Below are positions 40,041 to 50,287 of a DNA stretch of 64,000 nt, piece after piece (positions within the stretch are counted from its first letter, which is position 1; every line of letters begins with the position of its first letter). Made by a program: the position numbers and the translations under genes. The stretch lies in assembly GCA_963755125.1 (NCBI GenBank), contig CAVWIP010000002.1, positions 64,001-128,000 on the forward strand, in the 5' to 3' direction. The notes beneath the pieces were generated by a model that made no database searches, was not told the DNA's origin, and was given only the letters and a program-made list of their open reading frames with translations. This stretch comes from an uncultured delta proteobacterium. GTDB taxonomy: Bacteria > Myxococcota_A > Polyangia > Fen-1088.

Positions 40041-40840
40041 GACCAACCGAGGAGTTGGGGGACAGTGACCAGCCGAATCCTACGCCGTTGCGCAAGCTGC
40101 AGCACCGATTCCAGCGCTGTGGTCATGGGCCGGCGGTCGTGGCCCAGTTTGCCGTCGTGGAGTAACAGGATAGTCCCGGGCCGGACCCAGCGCTCCGCCC
40201 GGCGCGCGATGACCGAGGCGTCCGGGCAGTCGGTGTCATAAACACCCGCGGTCCAGGCAATCAGCCGCAACCCCCTTCGCGCGAGATGCCTCGCCACAGC
40301 GAAGGTCTTGAGGCCGTGAGGAGCCCGAAAGAGGCGCACATCGGGAATCCCTGCCGCGGTAAGGGCCGCGTGGCCTCGATCGATCTCCTCCACAGCCTCG
40401 GCCAAGGAGACTTGGTTGAGCTTCCGGTGCGAGTAAGTGTGGCTTCCGACCGCATGGCCCGCGGCTGCAACCTGACGGGCCAGTTCGGGCTGGAGTTCGA
40501 TGTTCTGGCCGATCATGAAGAAGGTCGCTTTGGCTTGATGCTGGTCGAGCAGGCGCAACACGCTCATGGTGTGGTCGCCGTTCGGCCCGTCGTCGAACGT
40601 GATCGCCATGCGCCGGCCCCGGCGCGGACCGCGCCAGGGGATGCGGAAGAGCGGGTCAAACCCCGGCCAGTAAACGAAGGCGGCCCACGCCAGCAGCACC
40701 AAGCCGCCCAGGAGCAGCACAGCCAAGAGCATCCGCGTCGACGCCTGCTGCGCGCGCGCCATGCCCCAAATCGGCCCAGCGACCAGAGCCAGGTGGAAGA
40801 GGGCGCGGGTGGCGCCTCGAAGCTGCCGCCAGAACTTCAT
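40037..40840 (-). CDS. Polysaccharide deacetylase (NodB/CE4)
   Basis: ITFDDGP, HTYSH, FRAPHG, ILLLHDG. Confidence 0.92.
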   Translation of the reverse strand: MKFWRQLRGATRALFHLALVAGPIWGMARAQQASTRMLLAVLLLGGLVLLAWAAFVYWPGFDPLFRIPWRGPRRGRRMAITFDDGPNGDHTMSVLRLLDQHQAKATFFMIGQNIELQPELARQVAAAGHAVGSHTYSHRKLNQVSLAEAVEEIDRGHAALTAAGIPDVRLFRAPHGLKTFAVARHLARRGLRLIAWTAGVYDTDCPDASVIARRAERWVRPGTILLLHDGKLGHDRRPMTTALESVLQLAQRRRIRLVTVPQLLGWS

Positions 40841-40885
40841 GGAACCTTCCGGATGCCGAAACTAGCACGGTTCCCGCGGAGGCAA

Positions 40886-42466
40886 CTACGAGGAATCTTG
40901 GGGGTGCGAGCCGCGAAGGAGCTTGCGCCAGAATCTTCGCAGCAGATCGCGCTCCTCGACGGCGAGACCGAGCGCGAGGAGCGTGAGCCCGTAGCCGGCC
41001 AAGATGACGGTAGCCTGAAGAAGCACGCGGCCTAGCGCGGGCAGGTCAAGCGCGCCCACGGCAAATTCCGCCAGCAGCAACGCCACCGCCCCGGCCGCCA
41101 GGGCCTTGAAGAACCCCCTCGAAAACGGATGCACGCGATAGAGCAGGGCCACCTCAACGACCTGCAGAGTTTGCATAAGGGCCACCGAGGAGGCAGAGGA
41201 GAGCGCGGCGCCCAGCACGCCCATGCGGGGAATGAGCAGACAACAAAGTGTCACGTTCATGCTGGCGGCAATCAGGTTGTTGATCAGGACCAGGCGCGAG
41301 CGCCCGGACATGGCGATCACCCAGCCGGTCAAGCCGAGCGTTCCATTGAGCAGATGCCCGAGCAGCAGAACCACCAGCACTGGGCCAGCGGCCGCGAAGG
41401 CCTGGGGGAAGAAGCGCAGCAGATCGTTGCGAAACACGATCATCGCCACCAGCAGCGGAACCGTGATGAGCGTGGTCCATCGGGTCATGAGCCGCAGGTT
41501 GTAGCGAAGCCGCTCCAAGTCCTGCAGGCGCAGCGCCTCGGAAAGCACGGGCGAGGCCACCGGATCGAAGGCGTAGCGAATGTTGGAGGCAATTCGACTG
41601 AGAGCTTCGGCGCCGGCATAGATGCCCAAGGTTTCCGGGCCGGCAAAGAACGCGATGAGGATGACGTCGGTTCGTTGCAGGATGGAATTGAGGAACTCCG
41701 ATATCCCCATCAAGACCGAGAAGCGAACCATCTCGCCGTGAAAGAACGGCGCGGGCGCTGCGCCGCCTGCGCCCGCGGCGGGCCACAGCGCGTGGGAGAA
41801 AGGCATGGCACGAAAGACGCGCGCAGCCGACCAGAAGGCCAGCGCGAGGGTGAGTGCCATGGCCAGCACATGGGCGGCGCACAGACCGCCCAGGGTGGGC
41901 GCGATCGTCCCGAGCAAGACGGCCAGCAAGAGCAACGACAGCGGCTGGGTGATCCCGCGGACCAGGAGATTGTAGCGCATGGTCTTGGCGCCCATGGTGG
42001 CGGAAATCAGCACCAGGATGAGCGCGGAGCAGGGCAGGCTGGGGGCCAAGTATCGGATCGCCGTGGCCACTTCCGGCTTGCCCTGCAAGGCGGCCAGCGG
42101 CCCCGCGAACAAGAAGGCGAGCAACGCCAGCGACACACTCGCCCCGAGCGTGAGCCAAAAAGCAGTGCGCAGCGATCGCTCCTCCAACTCGGCCTCGCCC
42201 GCCACCCGGTGGGAAGCGATGTGCCGGAGCAATCCCTTGTCGGTGCCGAGCGGGCTCAGGCGCAAGAGCGGCTCGGCGCAACTCACAGCCCAGCGGTAGA
42301 AACCATAGAACGTGGTCCCGAAGAGATGGGCCGCCACAGGGTGAAAGGCGGCTTCGGACAGGCTCGCCAGGATGGCCAGGAAGTTGGTGCCAGCACCAAC
42401 GGCCGCGTAGCGCGCGTCCTGCCGACGATCCGCGCTGGCGGGCGACGGGCCTTGCTCCGCAGGCAT
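40886..42466 (-). CDS. Oligosaccharide flippase (Wzx/MOP family)
   Basis: Multi-TM; RTDVILIAFF...LGIYA, LLIPRMGVLGAA; ATG overlaps the asnB stop. Confidence 0.85.
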   Translation of the reverse strand: MPAEQGPSPASADRRQDARYAAVGAGTNFLAILASLSEAAFHPVAAHLFGTTFYGFYRWAVSCAEPLLRLSPLGTDKGLLRHIASHRVAGEAELEERSLRTAFWLTLGASVSLALLAFLFAGPLAALQGKPEVATAIRYLAPSLPCSALILVLISATMGAKTMRYNLLVRGITQPLSLLLLAVLLGTIAPTLGGLCAAHVLAMALTLALAFWSAARVFRAMPFSHALWPAAGAGGAAPAPFFHGEMVRFSVLMGISEFLNSILQRTDVILIAFFAGPETLGIYAGAEALSRIASNIRYAFDPVASPVLSEALRLQDLERLRYNLRLMTRWTTLITVPLLVAMIVFRNDLLRFFPQAFAAAGPVLVVLLLGHLLNGTLGLTGWVIAMSGRSRLVLINNLIAASMNVTLCCLLIPRMGVLGAALSSASSVALMQTLQVVEVALLYRVHPFSRGFFKALAAGAVALLLAEFAVGALDLPALGRVLLQATVILAGYGLTLLALGLAVEERDLLRRFWRKLLRGSHPQDSS

Positions 42467-44448
42467 CAACCGGCGCCTCGCGTGCAAGGGCGACCTGGGC
42501 TCGCCCCCGTGGCATCGCCTGCCTCGCTGGCCAGCCGATCGGCGGTCTTCGCCATCGCGCTCTGAAAGTGCGAGCGGCCGTCCACCAGTTCGCGGTGCCA
42601 CTGTTCCAGGACCACCAAGTTCCAGATGCGCTCGCCGTGATCCTCGCCGGCCGCGTGACGAGCCAGCAGGCGCTCGACCGCGCTGATGTCGAAGAGATCT
42701 CGCCGGCGCGCCTCGGGCGACAAGAGCAGTTCGCGCGCAAACGAACGCAAAGGTCCAGCGAACCAGCCGCGCGTGGGCGAGGCGAACCCTTTCTTGCGCC
42801 GGCCGCGGATTGCCGGCGGCACCAGATCGGCAAAGGCTTGCTTGAGAATGTACTTGCCTTTTCCGCGACGAAGCTTGAGCCGGCCGGGCAGGGCCGCGCC
42901 CAGTTCCATCACCGCGTGATCGACGAACGGGGCACGCGCCTCCAGCCCGAAAGTCATGCTGGCAATGTCCACCTTGGCGAAGATGTCGTCGGGAAGATAG
43001 GTGCGGACATCGAGATCGCAAAAGCGGCCCACGTTGTCGCGCGCGGCGCTGGCCTGCAGGTGCTGGCAGAACAGCGCGTGCGCGGGGTCCGACGCCAACG
43101 ACTCGCGCAGCTTCGGACCATAGAGCGCCTTCTGCTCCTCGCGCGAGAAGTGGCAAATCAGCGACAGGTAGCGTGCGGCATCGTCTTCGGCCAGGCGGCG
43201 GCCGAAAACCCGGATCGCGTGGGCGCGGGCACCGGGCGTGGCCTGCAAAGCCAGGCGTGCGAGCAAGGCCAGCGGGCGGGGCCATGACGACAGCCGGGCC
43301 GCCAGATCGCCCCACAGGTAGCGACGATAGCCGCCAAACGATTCGTCGCCGCCGTCTCCGGACAGCGCCACCGTGACGTGCTTGCGGGTCATCTCGCACA
43401 GATAGCGCGTGGGCAAGGTCGAGGTGTCCGCGAAGGGCTCGCCGTGGTGGCGGACGATGCTGGGCAGAAGGCGGGTCATGTCCGGGTCCACGACCAGCTC
43501 GTGGTGGTCGGTGCCGAAGCGCCGCGCGATCGTGCGCGCGAAGGGCAACTCGTCCACCTCGGCGCCCACGAAGCCGACCGAGAAGGTTTGCACGGGCCGG
43601 CTGCTCGCGCGCGCCATGCAAGCCACCACGATGGAAGAATCCAGGCCGCCCGAGAGGAACGCGCCCAAGGGCACGTCCGACATGAGACGCACGCGAACCG
43701 CGTCCTCGACCGCTGCGCGCACCCGCTCGGCCGCTTCCCTTTCGTCAAGAGCATCCAGCGTGGGCTGGTGGCTGAGTTGATAGTAGCGGCGCACGCGCGG
43801 CTCGCCCCCGCAGCCGATCTCCAGCAGACAGCCGGCCGGGAGCTTGTTGATCTGCCGGAATATGCTGTCGGGCGCGGGCACATATTGCAACGACAGGTAG
43901 AGATCGACCGCCGCGGGCGAGACATCGGCGGCGGTGCCCGGATCAGCCAGCAGGGCCGCCAATTCCGAGGCAAAGGCAAACCCGTCCGGGCGCTGGGTGT
44001 AGTACAGGGGCTTTTCCCCGAATCGATCGCGGGCCAGCAGCAGCCGGCGCGCCTTCACGTCATAGATGGCCAGCGCGAACATTCCGCGCAGAAGTTCGGG
44101 CACGCGATCGCCGACCTCCTCGTACAGATGGGCCACCACCTCGGAGTCACTGTGGCTGTGAAAACGATGTCCCTTCTTCTCCAGATCGCCGCGCAACTCC
44201 TGGTGATTGTAGATCTCGCCGTTGACCACGATCGCGACTTGACCGTCCTCGTTGGTCATGGGCTGCAGTCCGGCTGGGGACAGATCGATGATGGACAGGC
44301 GCCGGTGGGCCAGGGCCGCCGGACCGTCGAAGAAGAAGCCGCCACCGTCGGGACCGCGATGGATCATGGCTGCGGCAAAGCGTTGGACGATGCGTGGATC
44401 AAGGTGCACGTCACCCTGTCTGGCGAGAAAGCCGGCTATTCCGCACAC
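42466..44448 (-). CDS. asnB: Asparagine synthase (glutamine-hydrolysing) family amidotransferase
   Basis: MCGIAG, HRGPD, HRRLSIID, NGEIYN, LSGGLDSS, SGDGGDE, LEARAPF. Confidence 0.95.
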   Translation of the reverse strand: MCGIAGFLARQGDVHLDPRIVQRFAAAMIHRGPDGGGFFFDGPAALAHRRLSIIDLSPAGLQPMTNEDGQVAIVVNGEIYNHQELRGDLEKKGHRFHSHSDSEVVAHLYEEVGDRVPELLRGMFALAIYDVKARRLLLARDRFGEKPLYYTQRPDGFAFASELAALLADPGTAADVSPAAVDLYLSLQYVPAPDSIFRQINKLPAGCLLEIGCGGEPRVRRYYQLSHQPTLDALDEREAAERVRAAVEDAVRVRLMSDVPLGAFLSGGLDSSIVVACMARASSRPVQTFSVGFVGAEVDELPFARTIARRFGTDHHELVVDPDMTRLLPSIVRHHGEPFADTSTLPTRYLCEMTRKHVTVALSGDGGDESFGGYRRYLWGDLAARLSSWPRPLALLARLALQATPGARAHAIRVFGRRLAEDDAARYLSLICHFSREEQKALYGPKLRESLASDPAHALFCQHLQASAARDNVGRFCDLDVRTYLPDDIFAKVDIASMTFGLEARAPFVDHAVMELGAALPGRLKLRRGKGKYILKQAFADLVPPAIRGRRKKGFASPTRGWFAGPLRSFARELLLSPEARRRDLFDISAVERLLARHAAGEDHGERIWNLVVLEQWHRELVDGRSHFQSAMAKTADRLASEAGDATGASPGRPCTRGAG

Positions 44449-45590
44449 GGCGGTAGTCCCTTCTCGGCCAGCAAGGCATCGTAGAGCGCCACCGTTTCCG
44501 CCAGCACCCTCTCCTGCCTGAAGCTTGCGGCCACATGCGCGCGTCCGCGTTCACCCATGCGCCGGAGTTGCTCGACCGGGGTCTCGATGAGGAGGCCCAG
44601 CCCCTCGGCCAGCGAACGCAGCCCGAGGGTAGGGACTTCGATCCCGCTCTCCCCAGGAAGCACGATGCGATCGACGTTGGCGGCGTGAGACACCAGAGCC
44701 GGCAGGCCGCTGGCGTGCCCTTCCAGGACGGCGTTGGGCAGCCCTTCCCACAGTGAAGGAAGCAGCAGGGCATCGGCCGCGTGATAGAGCGTGGGCATGT
44801 CGGTCACCGCGCCCAGGCGCACCAGATGCCGGTCCACGCCCAAGAATTTTGCCAGACGCCAGGTCAACGCCGTGTAGAGATGATCGCGCTCGCGGCCGGC
44901 CAGGAGCACGCGCACTTTGCCGGGCAGCCGGCCGCGCCGCTTGAGCCGCGCGAGTGCGCGCACCAGGCCCATGTGATTTTTCTGCAGGCTGATCCGACCT
45001 GAAAGAAGCAGCACCAGATCGTCGTGCGCCAGGCGGTATCGCGCGCGGGCTGCAGCCCGCTCCCCGGCGGAGGGTGGATGGAAACGTTCGAGGTCGATGA
45101 AGTTGTGGATGACCTGGATCTTGGAGTCCGGAACCCGCGCCCAGCGCCTCAGCTCGTGGCGCACGCCCTGGGAATTGGCCAGCACGCGATCCGAGCGACG
45201 CGAGAGGTACCATTCGGTCAGAAGATAGAGGGGGTTGATGGCGCGGTTGCGCACGCTGGTGACGGCAACCGGAACCGGCGCACGCCGCAACGCCAGCCGC
45301 GCCAGGAAGTTCGCCTTGTCCCGATAACTGTGCAGGATGCTCGGCTTCTCCTCACGCAGGACTTCTTGCAAACGCCGCAGACCTTTGCGTCCCAGCCGGC
45401 GCACCCCGAGAACGTGGCGCGGCTCACCCGCGGGCAAGAGATTGCGGTAGTGAATCTCGTCGTTCCAGAGACAGAGCACCGGCGCAAAGCGAGGTGGCAG
45501 TTTCCTGGCCAGCTCGAGGATCTGCCTTTCCGCTCCGCCCTGCTGCAGGTTCGGAATGAGAAGCATGACTTTGTGCGAGTTCTCGGCCAT
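44436..45590 (-). CDS. GT4-family glycosyltransferase (paralogue of 38844-40040)
   Basis: LQQGGAERQ, LPSLWEGLPNAVLE. Confidence 0.9.
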   Translation of the reverse strand: MAENSHKVMLLIPNLQQGGAERQILELARKLPPRFAPVLCLWNDEIHYRNLLPAGEPRHVLGVRRLGRKGLRRLQEVLREEKPSILHSYRDKANFLARLALRRAPVPVAVTSVRNRAINPLYLLTEWYLSRRSDRVLANSQGVRHELRRWARVPDSKIQVIHNFIDLERFHPPSAGERAAARARYRLAHDDLVLLLSGRISLQKNHMGLVRALARLKRRGRLPGKVRVLLAGRERDHLYTALTWRLAKFLGVDRHLVRLGAVTDMPTLYHAADALLLPSLWEGLPNAVLEGHASGLPALVSHAANVDRIVLPGESGIEVPTLGLRSLAEGLGLLIETPVEQLRRMGERGRAHVAASFRQERVLAETVALYDALLAEKGLPPCAE

Positions 45591-45891
45591 CGGGCTCACT
45601 GAGGCGGGAACGCTTGAGGCACTCGCACCCCTGTGCTGGAACCCTCTGCAATCCAGGGACCAGGCATCCAGCTCCGCAGATCCTTGACACAGCCCGCGGC
45701 CAGTGTCGAATCTTCGTCAGACCCTGGGCAAATTCCACCCAGGCTACCGCCTCTCGAGAGGTGGTAGTTGGTTGAGCGGCCGGCGTGACGGCGGCGGGGC
45801 CGGAGGCCGGTGGCCGGTACCGGTTCCGGTGGCCGGTCCCGGTTCCGGTACCCGGCACCAGTCACGGATCTTCAAGAGGCGGTACTGGCGC

Positions 45892-47238
45892 TCACTTGGC
45901 CTGACTGGGTGTGCCCGCGAGCGCCGGGTTCAGGGCGGCCGCGCCGGGAAGCGGGGCGAGGCTGAACCACACGGGCTTGGCGATCTGGTTAGACTGGAGT
46001 TGCACCGCTCTTGTCCACGCAGCGGCATCGGCAATCGGGCTGGCGCGATCCCAGGCCGTGCCCACGTAATAGGTCAGCGGGCCGTTCTTCGGGGCGGGCG
46101 CGATCAGCAGGTAGTCGAGGTCGGTCTGCTGTGCCTCGCTGCGCGAGCCGGGCGGAAGAACGATGGCACATCCGAGGTTGCCACTCGCGCCGCCGTTGAG
46201 CGGCTCCCAAACCCGCATCCAGCCGGCCTGGCCGTCGACTTCCACCACGCCTCCGGGGTGTTTCGAGATGCCGAGCCCGAGGGACAACCCGCCCTTGCCT
46301 CCTTTGAAGGTGCTCTCGAAGCGATTGAAGTGCGAACCGGCATCGAGGGTCACGCGCTTGGTCTCGGTCACGCGCGTGCCGCCGGGGCCCCAGGCGGCGT
46401 AGCTGAGCTCGAACATGAGACGGATGGGACCGTTGGCCAGCACGCGCGAGCCGATGAAGTTCTTCGACACGTGCAGCTTGCCGCCCGACCAGATACCCAA
46501 CCCGCCGCAGCCCCGCGATTTGCCCACCGCATAGAAGTCTGCGCCTTCGCCGTGGTCCTGGTGATAGTCGTCCGTCATGTACCATTCGTTGACCACCAGC
46601 TTGGGCACGCGCTTGACCCAAACGTCCACGCCGCTGGAGGTGAGCGGGTCCTTCTTCCAGATTTCCAGGTCAGGCCCGTACATGCGGTGAGCGACGACGT
46701 CGTTCTCCCACGCGAAGTCGTCGTGCCGCTCGCGCACGAAGCGACCGTAGACCTTGTAGTTTGCCTCGGCGGCCAGACCGCGTTCCGCGACCCGCAGCCG
46801 GAACGCCTTGCTCTCGTTCGGGCCGAAGTCGGCCTGAAAGACGATCTGGTCAGGCGTCTCGTCGCCGTCCGTGTCGACCAACTGGGAAAGTACCGGCTTA
46901 CCCTGCGCGTCGACCACCTGGATCTTCTTGATATCCAGCCCGGGCACCAGCTTGATCAGGTCAACCGCCGCGAGTTCGACGGTCTCGGCGCTTCGGCGCG
47001 TGTCCAGCGGATTGGTCAGGGTCAACACCATCACGTCCGCCTTGTCGGCGACGGGGCTGGATGGGACGGCAGCAGGTGCTGCCGGCGCGGGCGCAGGAGC
47101 AGCGGCCTCGGCCTTGGGCGGAGGCGCGACCGGCGCTGGCGTTTGTGACGGACTCGCGGGCGGAGCGGACGCGCAAGCAGGCGCGAGCGAGCCAACCAGC
47201 GCGAACACGAGGACGCAACGAGTTTTGATGGTTTTCAT
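45892..47238 (-). CDS. DUF4861-like lipoprotein
   Basis: ERHDDFAWEND..AHRMYGP, SSGVDVWVK, YHQDHGEGADFY.VG.SRG.GG. Confidence 0.8.
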   Translation of the reverse strand: MKTIKTRCVLVFALVGSLAPACASAPPASPSQTPAPVAPPPKAEAAAPAPAPAAPAAVPSSPVADKADVMVLTLTNPLDTRRSAETVELAAVDLIKLVPGLDIKKIQVVDAQGKPVLSQLVDTDGDETPDQIVFQADFGPNESKAFRLRVAERGLAAEANYKVYGRFVRERHDDFAWENDVVAHRMYGPDLEIWKKDPLTSSGVDVWVKRVPKLVVNEWYMTDDYHQDHGEGADFYAVGKSRGCGGLGIWSGGKLHVSKNFIGSRVLANGPIRLMFELSYAAWGPGGTRVTETKRVTLDAGSHFNRFESTFKGGKGGLSLGLGISKHPGGVVEVDGQAGWMRVWEPLNGGASGNLGCAIVLPPGSRSEAQQTDLDYLLIAPAPKNGPLTYYVGTAWDRASPIADAAAWTRAVQLQSNQIAKPVWFSLAPLPGAAALNPALAGTPSQAK

Positions 47239-47538
47239 GAGGGCGAATTATCGCCGAAGTCTCCACGGGAAAGAACAGAAAGTTGGACGCGCCCCTTTGT
47301 CGGCGCGACACAGCCCATCCGCCCCCCGTGCTCTACGATCGGGTTGGCCGCGGAGATTCGCTGGCGCGCAGATTCGCTGGCGACGCTTGACTCGGCGAGC
47401 GCCCGCGGGCATCGTTCGCCGCGTGGTTTTGAGTTGGCGCTGTCCGCCGCGATCGACGGCTCTGGCGCTGTGACCGGGCCCGATGCGCAACCGGATCGCC
47501 TGTGCCCGTTTCGTCCGACGGGTCAGTGGCTGCGGTCC

Positions 47539-48843
47539 TCACCACGTAAACAACATGCCGCTGTTGGCGATGTAATCGACCTGCTTCTGACCCAGGTACC
47601 ACGCGAAGTTGGCGCGGAACAGGTCCACGTCGAGGTGAAGCCAGGGCTTGACATGATAAACGGCGCCGCATGAGAAGCCCTGCTGGTACTTGATAACACT
47701 ATTGAGAAGGTATCCGGTGCTGGGATCAACCACGTGGTCGTCGGCGTTCATGAAGATCTGGGTAATACCCCAAGCCGCTGAGACGTCCACGCGGCCCAGG
47801 ACGGCCATCGATTGCACGTAGTACCCATCGGACTTGCGCAATTGACCTTCCTGGTCAACCGAGGCATCGCTGACCTCCATGGCGTAGTACAGCCCAAGAC
47901 CGTACCCGTAGTAACCAGCAGCCCCCAAACGAAGCGGACCCAGCTCAAGGCGTCCGCCATATCCAACACCCTTCGCCGTCACGCTGTCCGAGTCCGGAGC
48001 CCATGTCTTATACACTCTTTGATAGGTTCCGCTGCCGAAGAGAACAAATTTTCCCACTTTGCCGATAGGCCGTTCGAAGGTCAATTCGGCTTCTGGTCGC
48101 GCCCACTTGGTTCGCGTCCCGGCTTCATCAAGTTGGGCAGGATCGAAGGCCCCGACGGTGAGCTGCAGGCCACCGAGGACCGGCGTCGCATAAACGACGC
48201 CGGCCGAGAATCCGCTGCCAAGCAGGCCAAATCCGCTCTGACCTTGCGTCGGGCCATTGGAATCAACCGCCTCGGGATAACCTACGCCGTATCCGTGGCC
48301 GTAGAGAATGTCGATCTCCGTGTTGCCGCGCACGAACAACTCACTCGATCGGCCCACCATCAAGCTGCCCCATGCCCCCTCTAGCTTGACGTAGCCCTGT
48401 CTCACGTCAGCGTAGTTGATCTGGGTTTGTTGTTGGTTCACGCTTTCCACCCAAGCCCAAAACTGGATGTATCCTGTGACGCTTGTGCGTTCGGTGATGC
48501 GGTCCCTCACTCCGATGCCAAATGTATTTCCGATCATTCCGCTGCGAATCCGCATGCTTTCGATTGTTCCTTGCGGCGTTTGACCGGTTCCACTGGTCGC
48601 CGGCTGGGAAGCGTCCGCGGACATTCCGCCACCCTTGACGGTGTACTCGGGTGCCTGGGTTACTGCGCTCACTGGCGCATTGGGGTACGCGTCGCCTCGA
48701 ACGTAACTGACGAAGGCGCCCACTCGACCATCGCTGTAAACCGTCCAATCGCCATTCTTGGAGAGCACATCTTCAGCTGCCGCATTTTTCGGAAAAAGGC
48801 AGCAGGCGAGAGCGAATGAGCAAAGAACGGCAGATGTCTTCAC
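47539..48843 (-). CDS. Porin-like outer-membrane beta-barrel (copy 2); start approximate
   Basis: Signal peptide, DVRQGYVKLEG.WGSL..GR, C-terminal aromatic FTW. Confidence 0.8.
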   Translation of the reverse strand: MKTSAVLCSFALACCLFPKNAAAEDVLSKNGDWTVYSDGRVGAFVSYVRGDAYPNAPVSAVTQAPEYTVKGGGMSADASQPATSGTGQTPQGTIESMRIRSGMIGNTFGIGVRDRITERTSVTGYIQFWAWVESVNQQQTQINYADVRQGYVKLEGAWGSLMVGRSSELFVRGNTEIDILYGHGYGVGYPEAVDSNGPTQGQSGFGLLGSGFSAGVVYATPVLGGLQLTVGAFDPAQLDEAGTRTKWARPEAELTFERPIGKVGKFVLFGSGTYQRVYKTWAPDSDSVTAKGVGYGGRLELGPLRLGAAGYYGYGLGLYYAMEVSDASVDQEGQLRKSDGYYVQSMAVLGRVDVSAAWGITQIFMNADDHVVDPSTGYLLNSVIKYQQGFSCGAVYHVKPWLHLDVDLFRANFAWYLGQKQVDYIANSGMLFTW

Positions 48844-48949
48844 AAGATGTCGACAGTTGGACCCCGCCGGCGCATGCAGAGGTTGGTGTCGTGCTGCAGG
48901 CGGCTGCTGCGAGCAGCGTAGAACCTGCCGGCAGCAACCAGACAGCCGA

Positions 48950-50251
48950 TCACCAAGTAAACAGCATGCCGCTGTTGGCGATGTAGTCGACTTGTTTTTC
49001 GTCGCCATAGTACCAGACGAAGTTGGCACGGAATAGGTCGACGTCGATGTGAAGCCAGGGCTTGACGTGGTAGACGGCGCCGCACGAAATGCCCTGCTGG
49101 TACTTGATCAGGTCAAAAGAGGGGTAACCCGTGGCAGCGACAATCATGCCGTCGTCGGCGGTCCGGAAGACACTTGTCCTGCCCCAGCCGGCTGAGACGT
49201 CCACCTTGCCCAAGACGACCATCGCGAGCACAGAGTACCCAGCGATCCAGCGCAATTGGTTTGTCTGACTGACTGCGGCCGCACTTGATTCCAGGGTGTT
49301 GTACAGCCCGAGACCGCGTCCATAGTGGCCAGAAACGCCCAGGCGAGCTGGACCCAGCTCAAGACGGCCGCCAAAGGCGATCCCCTTCGCCGACGTGCTG
49401 TACTGCGAGACGTCCGGCTCACCTAGCACGTATAACTTCTCGTAGAGTGCGCTGGTGAAGAGAACAACCTTTCCCATCTGGCCGATGGGCTGCGTGAAGG
49501 TCAGCTCGCCCTCTGGCCGCACCCACTTCGTCCGAGGCCACGCGCCCACGATCACTGCTGGATCGAAGATGCCAATGTTTAGCTGTAGGCCGGCAAGCAC
49601 GGGCGTCCCATAAACCACGCCCGACGCGAACCAGCTCCCCAAGATGCCGAATCCGACTTGACCTTGCGTCGGACCGTTGGAATCGACCCCAGAGGCGCCG
49701 GGATAGCCGACGCCGTAGCCGTGGGCGTAGAGAAGGTCATTGTCGGTGTTACCGCGCGAGAACAGCCCCCTCGACCGGCCCACGAGCAAACTGCCCCAGC
49801 CCCCTTCCAGTTTGACGTAACCCTGCCTGACGTCCGCAGTGTTGATCTGGCTCTTGTCTTCACCGAGGCTTTCAACCCAGGCCCAGACCTGGATGTAGGC
49901 CTTTGCCGTCGTCCCCTCGGTGACGGGAGCCCTTACCCCGAATCCGAAGGTGTTTCCGATCACTCCGCTGCGAATTCGCATGCGTTCGATTGTCTGACTC
50001 GAATTCGCGTCTCCTTGCGTGCCGCCGTCGCCACTCGGCAGTTGCATTTGCGTAGTTTGCGCGGGGATCGGTAACGCATCGCCATGAAGGTAGCTGACAA
50101 AGGCGCCTGCTCGCCCGTCGCTGTACACCGTGAAGTCGCCGTCCTGGGACAGGATCTTCTCGGCCGCTGCATGTTTCACAAAGAGCGAAGAGGCGAGGGC
50201 GAATGAACAGAGAACGACAAATACCTTCGCAGACGAGAACTGTGACCTCAC
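48950..50251 (-). CDS. Porin-like outer-membrane beta-barrel (copy 1)
   Basis: Same motifs; shares QVDYIANSGMLFTW C-terminus with copy 2; AGGAG RBS. Confidence 0.82.
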   Translation of the reverse strand: MRSQFSSAKVFVVLCSFALASSLFVKHAAAEKILSQDGDFTVYSDGRAGAFVSYLHGDALPIPAQTTQMQLPSGDGGTQGDANSSQTIERMRIRSGVIGNTFGFGVRAPVTEGTTAKAYIQVWAWVESLGEDKSQINTADVRQGYVKLEGGWGSLLVGRSRGLFSRGNTDNDLLYAHGYGVGYPGASGVDSNGPTQGQVGFGILGSWFASGVVYGTPVLAGLQLNIGIFDPAVIVGAWPRTKWVRPEGELTFTQPIGQMGKVVLFTSALYEKLYVLGEPDVSQYSTSAKGIAFGGRLELGPARLGVSGHYGRGLGLYNTLESSAAAVSQTNQLRWIAGYSVLAMVVLGKVDVSAGWGRTSVFRTADDGMIVAATGYPSFDLIKYQQGISCGAVYHVKPWLHIDVDLFRANFVWYYGDEKQVDYIANSGMLFTW

Positions 50252-50287
50252 GGATGTCTCCTGTGGATGGGGGAAGGAAGGTGACAG

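Noticed and set aside
42467..43621. 911-aa flippase with long N-terminal extension
   Set aside because: The extension overlaps asnB in another frame; the likely start is the ATG at 42466.
42466..44448. Lasso peptide cyclase
   Set aside because: Full glutaminase domain (MCG start), glycan gene context, no B protein or precursor.
45800..45860. ccggt-rich low-complexity stretch, and gtggtc repeats at ~62388-62422
   Set aside because: Short simple repeats; no second copy or function can be shown within this window.
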